64,000 bases of DNA from Rhodospirillaceae bacterium. GTDB taxonomy: Bacteria; Pseudomonadota; Alphaproteobacteria; MPNO01; UBA2964. The notes beneath the pieces are model-generated. The model saw nothing but the letters and a program-made list of their open reading frames with translations. It had not been told where the DNA came from and ran no database searches. Below, piece by piece: positions 1 through 9,285 of this stretch. The stretch covers positions 169,693 through 233,692 of the forward strand of contig PAPV01000013.1 of NCBI GenBank assembly GCA_002709075.1. The letters are read 5' to 3'. The position numbers and the translations under genes were made by a program. The first letter of the stretch is position 1, and every line of letters starts with the position of its first letter.

Positions 1-67
1 GGTGTCGCCAAGACGCGATATGATGGCCAGTGGGTCGAATGAAAAGACCAAGTTTCATTTCTGCCAT
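1..67 (-). CDS. NtaA/DmoA-family FMN-dependent monooxygenase (LLM class), 5' end only, runs off the window edge
   Basis: Not in the ORF track. Manual translation gives MAEMKLGLFIRPTGHHIASWRH, matching the N-terminal GHH-x-x-x-WRHP pattern of NtaA/SnaA/DszA-type monooxygenases; GGGGG RBS-like run upstream. Confidence 0.7.
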   Translation of the reverse strand, partial: MAEMKLGLFIRPTGHHIASWRH

Positions 68-238
68 GGTAGAACCCCCAATCTAAAATACATTAAAACA
101 ATATGGTGAATTTAAAAAGCTAGCAAGGTTTTGCGTTGAATAAGCAACGTAATCCACTGCCAAACGCACATATTTTTTCTGCAGTTAGGGTAATTATTAT
201 TCTGGATTAGATCCTATTGTTATTAGCCAAAGAAGGTT

Positions 239-1261
239 TTATTTTTGACTATAGCGCACAAGACCATCGCTACAATGTTCTTTATACAGCTTTCCCTCTG
301 CGAGTAGTCTATTAGCATGAGCTAATGCTTCACCAACAGCAAATCCGATTTGGTCTTCACTTAATTCTCGTGAAAATATCACAGGTAACATTTCAGTTGC
401 TGTCGATGGCGTGGTGCAGAATTCAAATGCTGCGTTTAATCTTTTGTTATGATGTTTTATTAGCGAGTCAATACGGTCGTGAAGTCCGTAAAAGGGACGT
501 TCGTGTGATGGCAAAATTAATGCATCATCAGCTAATTGTTTAAATTTAGATAGACTTAGCAAATAAAGCCCTAATGGATCTCCATCCGGCTCATGGCACT
601 GTAGCGAGATATTTGTAGTAATTCGAGGCAGAATTTGATCCCCTGAAATTAGCAGATTGCGATCAGAGCACCAAAGACTACAATGTTCTGGAGAATGACC
701 TGCCCCAGTAATCACTCGCCAATTATCGCCATTAATATTTATATCCTCTCCTTCAATTATTCTTGTAAAAATAGGAGGAAGAGGAAAATTAATATTAAGA
801 AAATCCGGTCTGGTATTGTTGTAGCCTGTTAGACTAGTCTCGCTCATGCCATTTGCTTTAAGAAATTTCATTCTGGCATCGAGGTCGGATGTTGGTCCAT
901 TTTTTTGATTAAGTTGAGCATGAGCCCATTCTGAATATGTCATCCATATTTGTGCTTTCCATTCATCCGCAAACCAACCAGCGAGTGACAAATGATCTGG
1001 ATGGAAGTGCGTGACAATTACACGTACTATCGGCTTTTTTCCTAGCAAGTCTGAAAAGAAAGCAGCCCAGTGATCGATAGTAGTTTTTGTATTGTACCCG
1101 GTGTCAACCAATGTCCAGCCACCTGCATCTTCCAATAACCACAAGTTGACGTGATCAAGTGAGAACGGAAGTGGCATTCGCAGCCAGAATATGCCAGGAG
1201 CGACCTCCATTGACTCTCCGTATGCTATTTTTGAAAAAGGATAATCAGGATGAGTAGCCAT
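239..1261 (-). CDS. MBL-fold metallo-hydrolase
   Basis: THFHPDH (HxHxDH), GHSPEH, SGDQILP and PSH motifs. Confidence 0.9.
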   Translation of the reverse strand: MATHPDYPFSKIAYGESMEVAPGIFWLRMPLPFSLDHVNLWLLEDAGGWTLVDTGYNTKTTIDHWAAFFSDLLGKKPIVRVIVTHFHPDHLSLAGWFADEWKAQIWMTYSEWAHAQLNQKNGPTSDLDARMKFLKANGMSETSLTGYNNTRPDFLNINFPLPPIFTRIIEGEDININGDNWRVITGAGHSPEHCSLWCSDRNLLISGDQILPRITTNISLQCHEPDGDPLGLYLLSLSKFKQLADDALILPSHERPFYGLHDRIDSLIKHHNKRLNAAFEFCTTPSTATEMLPVIFSRELSEDQIGFAVGEALAHANRLLAEGKLYKEHCSDGLVRYSQK

Positions 1262-1318
1262 TCTTTAGTCTCTAATTAAATTCTTTAACTGCAGTATGGC
1301 AGCACAACTTATTAATCT

Positions 1319-2002
1319 CTAATCGCTTTTTTCGTAGCCTTTATTTTCGGCAACCACTTGTTCGTCAGAAGAAGATGAGGGTATGATTTTTATATCAGTA
1401 TTGGGGTTATTTAGTTGGGTTGTACCTGTAATATTATTTCGTGTCTTCTCTTTTTCTTTCTGGCGTTTCGCTGTTCGCTCTGCAGCGCGTCGCGCTTTCT
1501 CTATCTCGGTTGACAAGTCTTCTCGAGAGCAGATCCCCAGTGCTACAGGATCTTGTGCTTTTATATTGGCTATATTCCAATGTGTTCGATCACGTACAGC
1601 ATTGATGGTAGTTTTGGTGGTTCCTATCAGTCTACCAATCTGTCCATCCGTCAGTTCAGGAAAATTCCGCACCAGCCAGGCTATACCGCTTGGTCTGTCA
1701 TGTCGCTTTGCAACTGGAGTGTATCGCGGACCTTTTGTACGAGAGCGAGGTCGGGGAACTTTAGCCTCTGCTAACCTAAGTCCCAATTTTGGGTCTGCCG
1801 TGCAGCGCTTAATTTCTTCATGTGTAAGTTGACCGGCAACTATAGGATCCAACCCTGTCATGCCGATAGCGACCTCACCATCAGCGATTCCCTGTACTTC
1901 CAAAAGATGAAGATTACAAAAATCGGCTACCTGATCGAAAGTAAGCGCGGTGTTTTCAATCAGCCAAACTGCTGTAGCTTTTGGCATGAGAACTTGAGAC
2001 AT
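1319..2002 (-). CDS. trcR: DUF1013-family protein (TrcR-like cell-cycle transcriptional regulator)
   Basis: LMPKATAVWLIENTALTFDQVADFC and GPRYTPV motifs typical of alphaproteobacterial DUF1013. Confidence 0.85.
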   Translation of the reverse strand: MSQVLMPKATAVWLIENTALTFDQVADFCNLHLLEVQGIADGEVAIGMTGLDPIVAGQLTHEEIKRCTADPKLGLRLAEAKVPRPRSRTKGPRYTPVAKRHDRPSGIAWLVRNFPELTDGQIGRLIGTTKTTINAVRDRTHWNIANIKAQDPVALGICSREDLSTEIEKARRAAERTAKRQKEKEKTRNNITGTTQLNNPNTDIKIIPSSSSDEQVVAENKGYEKSD

Positions 2003-2107
2003 TTTTACTCCTTTTAAATCAAATTGTGCTTCAAAAAACCCGGCGAAAAATAATCGAAAGAAGTGCCGGAAATTAGATGCAAATACACCCTAAGCATTAA
2101 CAATAAG

Positions 2108-3142
2108 TTACATAGTTAATACGATTTTACCTATATGTGAACCGCTGTCCATCAATCTGTGTGCATCGGAAGCGTGCAATAAATCAAAGGTCTTGAATAT
2201 TTGCGGTCTTATTTTACCATTTTCAAAATGCGGCCACACTTCTCTATGTACTTCATCAGCAATAATGGCTTTTAATTTGGTTTCTCTCGCACGGAGAGTT
2301 GATCCTGTGAAAATCAATTGTTTCATCATGATCAAATGGACTGGAATTTCCGCCTTGCTGCCTTTTTGAGTGGCGATTTGAACTAGCCTACCGCGGTATG
2401 CGAGTGCATTAAGATTCTTTCCAACGTAGTCACCTCCTACCATATCCAAGATAATGTCTACTCCGTTACCACAAGTCTCTGCCTTTATAAAATCGACGAA
2501 ATCTTGTTTGTGATAATTAATAACGTGATGTGCCCCTAGATCTCTGCAGGCAGAACATTTGGCGTCAGTGCCGGCAGTGGCAAATATCTTTGCTCCGTAT
2601 TCGTTTGCAAGTTGGATCGCAGCAGTGCCAATACCGCCAGAACCTCCATGAATTAATATGCTTTCCTCGCTTCGCAGCTTTGCTCTCGTTATAATATTAT
2701 CCCAAACAGTAAAAAAAGTCTCAGGTATCGCCGCTGCTTCAACCATTGAAAACCCCTCAGGTATCGGTAAGCATAAGTCTTTATGGACAGCACAATATTC
2801 AGCGTAGCCACCGCCAGCGACTAGGGCGCAAATTTTAGCTCCAACTTTTGGCGTTTTAATATTTTCAGAATTTGCAATCACGGTTCCCGCAATTTCAAGT
2901 CCTGGTATTTTGGTAACACCCTTTGGTGGAGGGTATTTACCCATCCTTTGCATTACATCAGGTCTGTTTACTCCGGCGGCAGATACTTTTATAAGAACTT
3001 CATCATGTTGGAGATTTGGTAATGATTTTATTTCTGGTTTTAAGACTTCTGGTCCTCCGGGTTTAACAATCCTGATTGCAGTCATGAATTTCGGTAGTGC
3101 TTCGATGTCTTTATTTTCTCTCGGCATTTCGATGGCTTTCAA
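2108..3142 (-). CDS. NAD(P)H-quinone oxidoreductase (PIG3/zeta-crystallin MDR family)
   Basis: AAGVNRPDVMQRMGKYPPP, HGGSGGIGT and HIGKIVL motifs; true start may be the downstream MTAI. Confidence 0.9.
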   Translation of the reverse strand: MKAIEMPRENKDIEALPKFMTAIRIVKPGGPEVLKPEIKSLPNLQHDEVLIKVSAAGVNRPDVMQRMGKYPPPKGVTKIPGLEIAGTVIANSENIKTPKVGAKICALVAGGGYAEYCAVHKDLCLPIPEGFSMVEAAAIPETFFTVWDNIITRAKLRSEESILIHGGSGGIGTAAIQLANEYGAKIFATAGTDAKCSACRDLGAHHVINYHKQDFVDFIKAETCGNGVDIILDMVGGDYVGKNLNALAYRGRLVQIATQKGSKAEIPVHLIMMKQLIFTGSTLRARETKLKAIIADEVHREVWPHFENGKIRPQIFKTFDLLHASDAHRLMDSGSHIGKIVLTM

Positions 3143-3192
3143 GTTATAAAAGGTATCTTAAGTTTCACTGATATTTAGAAATGGAGTGCTTT

Positions 3193-3381
3193 ATGATAAT
3201 TGAGGAAGATAACGAGCCGAAGCCAAGCAATGTTTTCACCCCGCTTGTGCTGGACACGATGTCAATTGATCAACTTAAAAACTATATTCGAGTTCTAAAA
3301 GAAGAAATGCGTCGAGTGCAATGCGAAATATCAAAAAAATCTACTTTAATGCAGGAGGCTGAGTCTCTGTTTAAAAGTTAA
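3193..3381 (+). CDS. DUF1192-family small coiled-coil protein
   Basis: LDTMSIDQLKNYIRVLKEE...AESLFKS pattern; GGAG RBS upstream of ATG 3193; usual position beside rpmE. Confidence 0.75.
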   Translation: MIIEEDNEPKPSNVFTPLVLDTMSIDQLKNYIRVLKEEMRRVQCEISKKSTLMQEAESLFKS

Positions 3382-3425
3382 ATTTGATATCTCCATTGAT
3401 ATCTCCATAGGAACGGAATCATCGT

Positions 3426-3650
3426 CTACTCTAATCCAAATCCCTCAAATTTTTTATTAAATTTTGCCACCTGAGTGTCTTGTGTATTTATACGAGTTGC
3501 TCCACCAGTCCAAGCAGGGGGAGTATTTGGATCAATATCCAGTTTCATCGTATCACCCGTTTTTCCCCAGGTCGATCGTGTTTGGATTTTTGTTCCCTCC
3601 GTCATTACGACAGTTATTTCATGATAGTCAGGATGTATATCTTTTTTCAT
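3426..3650 (-). CDS. rpmE: 50S ribosomal protein L31 (cysteine-free type)
   Basis: [17 protein letters not shown]...TRSTWG...DIDP..PAWTGG; GGAGG RBS upstream of ATG 3650. Confidence 0.95.
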   Translation of the reverse strand: MKKDIHPDYHEITVVMTEGTKIQTRSTWGKTGDTMKLDIDPNTPPAWTGGATRINTQDTQVAKFNKKFEGFGLE

Positions 3651-4055
3651 CTTTTCCTCCAAAAACAAATGAGCTTATACAGCGAATACTTTAGATTATG
3701 CAAGAGCTTGATGCGGATTTAAAAATCAGAAATTAAGAACTTTCATTAGAACATTCATATACTTAAACTTCCATAGGTTCCCTAGTTACCAAAAAAAAAT
3801 CATAATATTTAGTTATTGGTTTCAAATTTCGATGCTAAGATCCTTGTTTGATAAAATTGTAATTCCATTAATCACATCCTAATCCAAGAAAATCTGACGA
3901 TTACAAAAGTGCACTCCCAGTTATTTAACCCTCATTAATGGTATTTTTTATAATAGAAACAGAGGATTTGAAAACTTTTCTAGATTTTCTTCTACCTGTT
4001 GAGTAATTGCGATTACATATTTTTGAGTTTGTATTTTACAAACATTCCTAGCGTG

Positions 4056-5393
4056 CTAACGACTAGTTAGCTTTAATTCAATTCGCCGATTTCGTTTGCG
4101 CGAATCCATGGTTGTTGTTTTATCGATTGGGTGAAACTCCCCGTACCCAGCTGCAACTAGTCGTTTCGCAGGTAGTCCGTTTGCAATAAGCAATTTAACA
4201 ACTGATATCGCTCTAGCAGTTGACAATTCCCAATTAGACGGAAATTTCTCAGTATTAATTGGAAGACGATCTGTATGTCCGTCAACTTGAAGTACCCAAT
4301 CAATGTTTGAGGGAATTTGTTCAGAAATTTTTAATAGGGTTTGAGCGAGTTTTACGATTTTTAAACGCCCAGAGTCCCTGATTTCTGATGATGCAGAGGC
4401 AAATAGCACTTCAGATTGGAAAATAAACCGGTCACCTGAAATTCGAATATCTTGCCGCGTTCCAATAATATCTCTTAATTTTCCAAAAAATTCAGATCTA
4501 TATCGGGAGAGTTCCTGCACTTTACTTGCGAGTGCTGCATTTAGCTTTTTTCCTAAATTGGTAATTTGTATTTTCTGTTTTATTGAGTTTGCTTCAGAGG
4601 ATTGCAGAAGTTTAGAAATTATTTCCAGTCTTTGTTTTAAAGCTGATATTTGACGGTTTAGCAAATTGATTTGAGTTTTTGACTGGTCTGATAATTCTTT
4701 TTCTTTTCGAAGGTATTTTTCTATTACAGAATTTTCTTTGGTAATTCTCTCCAAAAGTACTTGTGTTTCCTTTGCTTTCTTTTTAGCACTTGATGTGAGT
4801 TCAACCTGCTTGGAAAGTCGAACGCGCAAAGACCTACTTTTGTTTTTTAGGTCATCAATCAATGTGCTCTGGCTTAACGCCTCCTTTTTTAAAACACGCT
4901 GAGTTTGTTTTAACGAAGCGACATCTCCGCCCAGAATTTCTAATTTTTTTATTTGTGTTTTAATTTTAGCTTGATCTGCTTCAATGTCCTTAAATGCATT
5001 GGCGAGGTCAATTGAAGCATCAGCTACCTCTTTTTGGGATTGAAGAAGCGTTTCACGTAGTTCTTTATTTTGGTTTAATGCCGTGGACAAACTACTGCCC
5101 AACTCATCTCTGGCATTTTTAGATTTTTCGAGATCAGAAATTAGACCCGCTATTTGTTTATTCAACATATCGTTGTTGTTTTTTTCTATCGCAAATAATT
5201 TAGAAATTTCTGCTAGCTTCTGGTTTAATTGGCTTAATGCCTTGTCTCGTCCGAGTAGCATGTCCGAAAGGAAATTTTGGCCTATTGTGAAAACCATTAG
5301 TAAAAATATAGTTATTATTAGCAGAGCTGAAATTGCATCAACAAACCCAGGCCATATATTCGGTATTGATCGGCGTCTGTTACGAGTCTGCAT
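4056..5393 (-). CDS. MotB/OmpA-family peptidoglycan-binding protein with long coiled coil
   Basis: N-terminal WPGFVDA TM helix, ~250-aa heptad-rich region, C-terminal GHTD, NWELSTARA and NRRIEL OmpA-like domain. Confidence 0.85.
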   Translation of the reverse strand: MQTRNRRRSIPNIWPGFVDAISALLIITIFLLMVFTIGQNFLSDMLLGRDKALSQLNQKLAEISKLFAIEKNNNDMLNKQIAGLISDLEKSKNARDELGSSLSTALNQNKELRETLLQSQKEVADASIDLANAFKDIEADQAKIKTQIKKLEILGGDVASLKQTQRVLKKEALSQSTLIDDLKNKSRSLRVRLSKQVELTSSAKKKAKETQVLLERITKENSVIEKYLRKEKELSDQSKTQINLLNRQISALKQRLEIISKLLQSSEANSIKQKIQITNLGKKLNAALASKVQELSRYRSEFFGKLRDIIGTRQDIRISGDRFIFQSEVLFASASSEIRDSGRLKIVKLAQTLLKISEQIPSNIDWVLQVDGHTDRLPINTEKFPSNWELSTARAISVVKLLIANGLPAKRLVAAGYGEFHPIDKTTTMDSRKRNRRIELKLTSR

Positions 5394-5411
5394 TAAATTA
5401 CAGCCTTACAT

Positions 5412-6566
5412 TTATTGACTGCCGCTTCTCTCCGCAGCGGCTGCAATGGTGCGTGAAAGGACGCGAATTTCATCGCGTAATTCTGAAATTGTTTCAGACC
5501 TGCCCTGGGCCAATTCCTTCGACAAGCGGCTTAAGTGCATATCTATATTCTTAACACCAGTCAGCATGTCATTAAATTTTCTGGTTTGCGAAACAGTATT
5601 TTCATTAATTTTTTGTATTAACGGTTTTAATTCGATATGTGTATTAGAAATATTTGTAAGCTCGCTTCTTTCAGCCCTAATTTCTTCCGTAAATACCCCG
5701 ATCACTTCGGTAAGTTTTATTAGATTTTGATCGGCAGAAATTCTAGTACTTTCAGTGTGCCCCAGCGTCCGTTGGAGTTTCTCCAAACTATCTGCTGTTT
5801 GCCCCAGTAGCGCCTCAACATAGGCAGGAATGCTGGCATCTTCATTACGCACATTAATAGAGCCAACAGATCGACGCGTTTGACATGCTAACCAATTTTC
5901 AATGTTATTGTAAAAATTATTTTGTGCTTGCCCAAATTGTAGTTCTAAAAAACCTAATATTAATGAACCAGCCAGACCAAAAAGCGAGGAACTAAAAGCA
6001 ATACTCATCCCTGCCAATGGAGCCTGTAATCCTTTTTTAAGGTCGCTAAAAACATTATTAAAATTACCGTCACCTACACTGAGACCAGCAATTACGCTGC
6101 CAACGGAGTCAATTGTTTCTAACAACCCCCAAAAAGTACCTAAAAGCCCTAAAAAGATCAGCAAACCTATCAGATAACGCGATAGATCCCTGGATTCCTC
6201 CAAACGGGCATTTAATCCGTCGAGTAATGATCTTTGAGTTGATGCCGATAATGAGGTTTCTGCCCCTTTCTCGCCTAGCACAGACGCGATAGGTGCAAGT
6301 AGATGAGGGGTGTTTTGTTTGTGTATCGAAGAATTTCCTTCGGATCTATATTTCTGTAACCAATTAGTTTCTTGCATTAATCGATAGGTTTGACGAAAAA
6401 TATGTATGGCACCAAGAACCAATATTCCGAGAATAAGGCCATTTAGCGAGGGACTTGCTTGGAAAAAATTCCAAATTGTTGACGATAGGAAGCCAACCGC
6501 CATAAAAATTATCAAAAGAAAAAGGATCATTCGAATAAGATAATGCAGCGGATTTTTCATTCCCAT
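5412..6566 (-). CDS. MotA/TolQ/ExbB proton-channel family protein with C-terminal coiled-coil tail
   Basis: LGLLGTFWGL and GMSIAFSSSLFGL TM motifs; directly upstream of the MotB-like gene. Confidence 0.85.
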   Translation of the reverse strand: MGMKNPLHYLIRMILFLLIIFMAVGFLSSTIWNFFQASPSLNGLILGILVLGAIHIFRQTYRLMQETNWLQKYRSEGNSSIHKQNTPHLLAPIASVLGEKGAETSLSASTQRSLLDGLNARLEESRDLSRYLIGLLIFLGLLGTFWGLLETIDSVGSVIAGLSVGDGNFNNVFSDLKKGLQAPLAGMSIAFSSSLFGLAGSLILGFLELQFGQAQNNFYNNIENWLACQTRRSVGSINVRNEDASIPAYVEALLGQTADSLEKLQRTLGHTESTRISADQNLIKLTEVIGVFTEEIRAERSELTNISNTHIELKPLIQKINENTVSQTRKFNDMLTGVKNIDMHLSRLSKELAQGRSETISELRDEIRVLSRTIAAAAERSGSQ

Positions 6567-6623
6567 TTCACTCGACAGTCATCTATATTATGTTTCGTGT
6601 TCTTCGCTTATTGAACTCAACCA

Positions 6624-7712
6624 TCAGCGTTTCTTTAATAAAAGATCAACACGATTGGCTTTACCCCCATTCACCCGGGAGCCAAGAGCCCGCACATCAA
6701 TGCGAGTACTTCTAATGCCGGCACCAATCAGGCGAGAACGGACAGCAAGTGCGCGAGATAGGGATAGCCGCCTCGCTTGACTTTCGGACTTTCCATCGAT
6801 GCTTGCGTAGGCCATAAGCTGAATTCTAAGTGTGGGATCGGAATTTAGTTTTTTAGAAACTTCTTTTAAGGACAACTCGCTATCTGTTTCAATTTTAGCG
6901 GATCCGACAGCAAATTTAATTTGCCTAATGCTCTCAGTCTTCGAAATACCTGGTTCCAATGCTGCTACAGCAGCAGAGGTTTTTTTGTTAGGAATTTTCG
7001 ACACCGGCATGCTGGAAAACTTTGAAAGATTTTTTTTCTGTTTGTCTACAATTGGGGCATTTGGAACCCGAGGGGCAGCGGGCCCTGTAGTGGTCGCTGT
7101 ATTTTTTATCTCTTGCTTGCGGCGTACTTTTTTGACTCGGGATGTGTCAGTCGACAAGATTTTGTTTAATTTGGAAACGGATATCGATGCTTTTGTCTTT
7201 TGTTGGGGAAGCTTGGAACGAGAAGGCGTCTTTTTCGTAGCAGAAAATTTTGAAGACTGGGAAACTTTTTTTCTAGATATGCGTTTTTTCTTACTCGTTG
7301 GCGGACTTAACAAAGACAAGTCCTGCTTTTTTTTTGTTGAGGTAAATCCGATCTGACCAGCAGGCGGAACAAAGCGCCCGTTGCGTATTATAGGAAATCT
7401 TGGAGCTCTCGGTATTTTTTTAAAGGAGGGTTGATAAGTATTGGATATAGATAATTGTGTAGTCCCGCTCTGAACAGAGTTCCTCAGAGTTTTGTTTGCA
7501 CAAACATTACTAATATGCCTAGAAGCTGCTTTTCCTAACAAGGTTGAGGGAACATTGGGCGCAGTCCCAAGGTTTTCTAAAACACAATAATCAACCGATA
7601 CACTCTGTGCTATAACATTGGTTTTTGGAAACATAAAACCAACAGTTAGTATAAAAAAATACAACATTATTATAACTCTAGTAGAATTTCCTTTATTTTT
7701 GATTGCCCGCAT
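6624..7712 (-). CDS. OmpA-family peptidoglycan-binding protein with Lys/Ser/Pro-rich linker
   Basis: Hydrophobic signal-like segment; C-terminal IQLMAYA...RRLSLSRALAVRSRLI..GI...RIDVRALG...RVDL; start chosen at ATG 7712 after GAGGGG. Confidence 0.8.
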   Translation of the reverse strand: MRAIKNKGNSTRVIIMLYFFILTVGFMFPKTNVIAQSVSVDYCVLENLGTAPNVPSTLLGKAASRHISNVCANKTLRNSVQSGTTQLSISNTYQPSFKKIPRAPRFPIIRNGRFVPPAGQIGFTSTKKKQDLSLLSPPTSKKKRISRKKVSQSSKFSATKKTPSRSKLPQQKTKASISVSKLNKILSTDTSRVKKVRRKQEIKNTATTTGPAAPRVPNAPIVDKQKKNLSKFSSMPVSKIPNKKTSAAVAALEPGISKTESIRQIKFAVGSAKIETDSELSLKEVSKKLNSDPTLRIQLMAYASIDGKSESQARRLSLSRALAVRSRLIGAGIRSTRIDVRALGSRVNGGKANRVDLLLKKR

Positions 7713-7823
7713 ATGTAAAATCCCCTCAATTAGTTTGGGGTGAATACAATTTGATCCAACCCCTTGGCAGGTATTTTCCCAACAATAGCGCAGCAGCCGT
7801 CTTCTCACAACAAAATTGAGTGT

Positions 7824-8633
7824 TCACATAGACTTTAGCTTGTTTCTTAGTCCTTTCCTCAAAAGATTACCTATTGAATTATATAATGCGCTGTTTGTGG
7901 CTAAAATTGATTTCCCGTTTGCAGCATCACCTCTACCATCAAGGTCACTCACCATCCCGCCGGCTTCACGGACAATTAATATCCCAGCTGCTACATCCCA
8001 AGGCGATAAACCAAATTCCCAAAATCCATCATATCGTCCGGCTGCAACGTAGGCCAGATCGAGTGCAGCGGAGCCAAATCTTCTTACGCCAGCTGTGTAT
8101 TCCATAACCAAAGGAAGCATCGCCATCATTTCTTCTTTTCCACCACGTCCTAGAAAAGGAATGCCGGTGGCCAAAACTGCATCAGAGAGAGAGCCACGCG
8201 CTGAAACCCTTATCCGCTGATTTTTTATGTATGCACCATGACCCTTAGCGGCCCAAAAAAATTCATCGCGCACTGGATCAAAAATTATTCCTTCGATCAC
8301 TTCTCCTTTGTGTGCATGAGCTATAGAAATACAAAAATGTGGAATAGCATGTAAAAAATTTGTTGTACCGTCCAGTGGATCAACAATCCATTGATCAATA
8401 GCTTTTGTGTCTCCAATTAATCCCGATTCTTCTAACAGCAAAGAAAAGTTGGGGTGAGCGGCTTCGAGTTCGCGTTTTAAAATATTCTCCGCCCGACGAT
8501 CTGCTTCTGAAACAAAATCAGCCGGGCCTTTTCTCGATACTTGCAAATGCTCTACTTCATTAAAGTCATGGATAAGACTACGAGCGGCTTTTCGTGCCGC
8601 TCCATCCATAATATTTATAATGGCCGGACGCAT
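7824..8633 (-). CDS. suhB: Inositol monophosphatase family protein SuhB
   Basis: WIVDPLDGTTNFLH, RRFGSAALDL and PWDVAAG motifs. Confidence 0.93.
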   Translation of the reverse strand: MRPAIINIMDGAARKAARSLIHDFNEVEHLQVSRKGPADFVSEADRRAENILKRELEAAHPNFSLLLEESGLIGDTKAIDQWIVDPLDGTTNFLHAIPHFCISIAHAHKGEVIEGIIFDPVRDEFFWAAKGHGAYIKNQRIRVSARGSLSDAVLATGIPFLGRGGKEEMMAMLPLVMEYTAGVRRFGSAALDLAYVAAGRYDGFWEFGLSPWDVAAGILIVREAGGMVSDLDGRGDAANGKSILATNSALYNSIGNLLRKGLRNKLKSM

Positions 8634-8674
8634 CTGAAAAATCCCAATTTTATGTTGCCATTTTTTAAAATGTT

Positions 8675-9241
8675 TTATTCCTTTGCTCTTTCAACGTATG
8701 AGCAGTCACTTGTGCTAACGACAATTTTTGTTCCCGTCTCTACATGGGGTGGCACCATAACCCTGATACCATTCTCTAGGATGGCTGGTTTATAAGATGA
8801 AGACGCAGTTTGACCTTTCACCACAGCATCCGCTTCTGCTACTGTTAAAATAACCGAGGCCGGAGGTGAGAAACTGACCACGGTGCCTTCAACTGTATCA
8901 ACTGATACTTCCATTCCATCATTTATAAAAGGCTTAGCTTCTCCTGCCATATCCAGATTCACTGTAAACTGTTCATAGGTTTCTGTGTCCATTAAGGTTA
9001 CTAAATCATCTTCTATAAAAAGCACGGTGCAAGTTTTTTCCTCTGTCATAAGTTTTTCGACAGTTTCTTGTGTTCTAAATCTCACATTGGTTTTAATTCC
9101 CGTACTCACGTCACGCATATCAATCGCTATGAAAGCATTGCCTTTACCTGGTAAAATAAGATCATATTTTAAAACACTGTAGCGCTTTCCTTCGTGCTCA
9201 ATTACATGATTAGGGCGAAGACTGTTCGCATTTACTTTCAT
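8675..9241 (-). CDS. efp: Elongation factor P
   Basis: PGKG loop; KGQTASSSYKPAILENG..VMVPP. Confidence 0.95.
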   Translation of the reverse strand: MKVNANSLRPNHVIEHEGKRYSVLKYDLILPGKGNAFIAIDMRDVSTGIKTNVRFRTQETVEKLMTEEKTCTVLFIEDDLVTLMDTETYEQFTVNLDMAGEAKPFINDGMEVSVDTVEGTVVSFSPPASVILTVAEADAVVKGQTASSSYKPAILENGIRVMVPPHVETGTKIVVSTSDCSYVERAKE

Positions 9242-9285
9242 TTGAATTTTTCCGAATTTACTTTGGTCAAATCATAGCATTACCG

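Noticed and set aside
3700-4055. AT-rich spacer as a CtrA-box cluster or replication origin
   Set aside because: TTAA pairs do not show the N7 spacing and I found no DnaA-box cluster.
4056-6566. Calling the MotA/MotB-like pair a Zorya anti-phage system or a flagellar stator
   Set aside because: No ZorC/D/E-type effector or flagellar gene is nearby and the context is housekeeping (efp-suhB-rpmE); kept only as an orphan motor.
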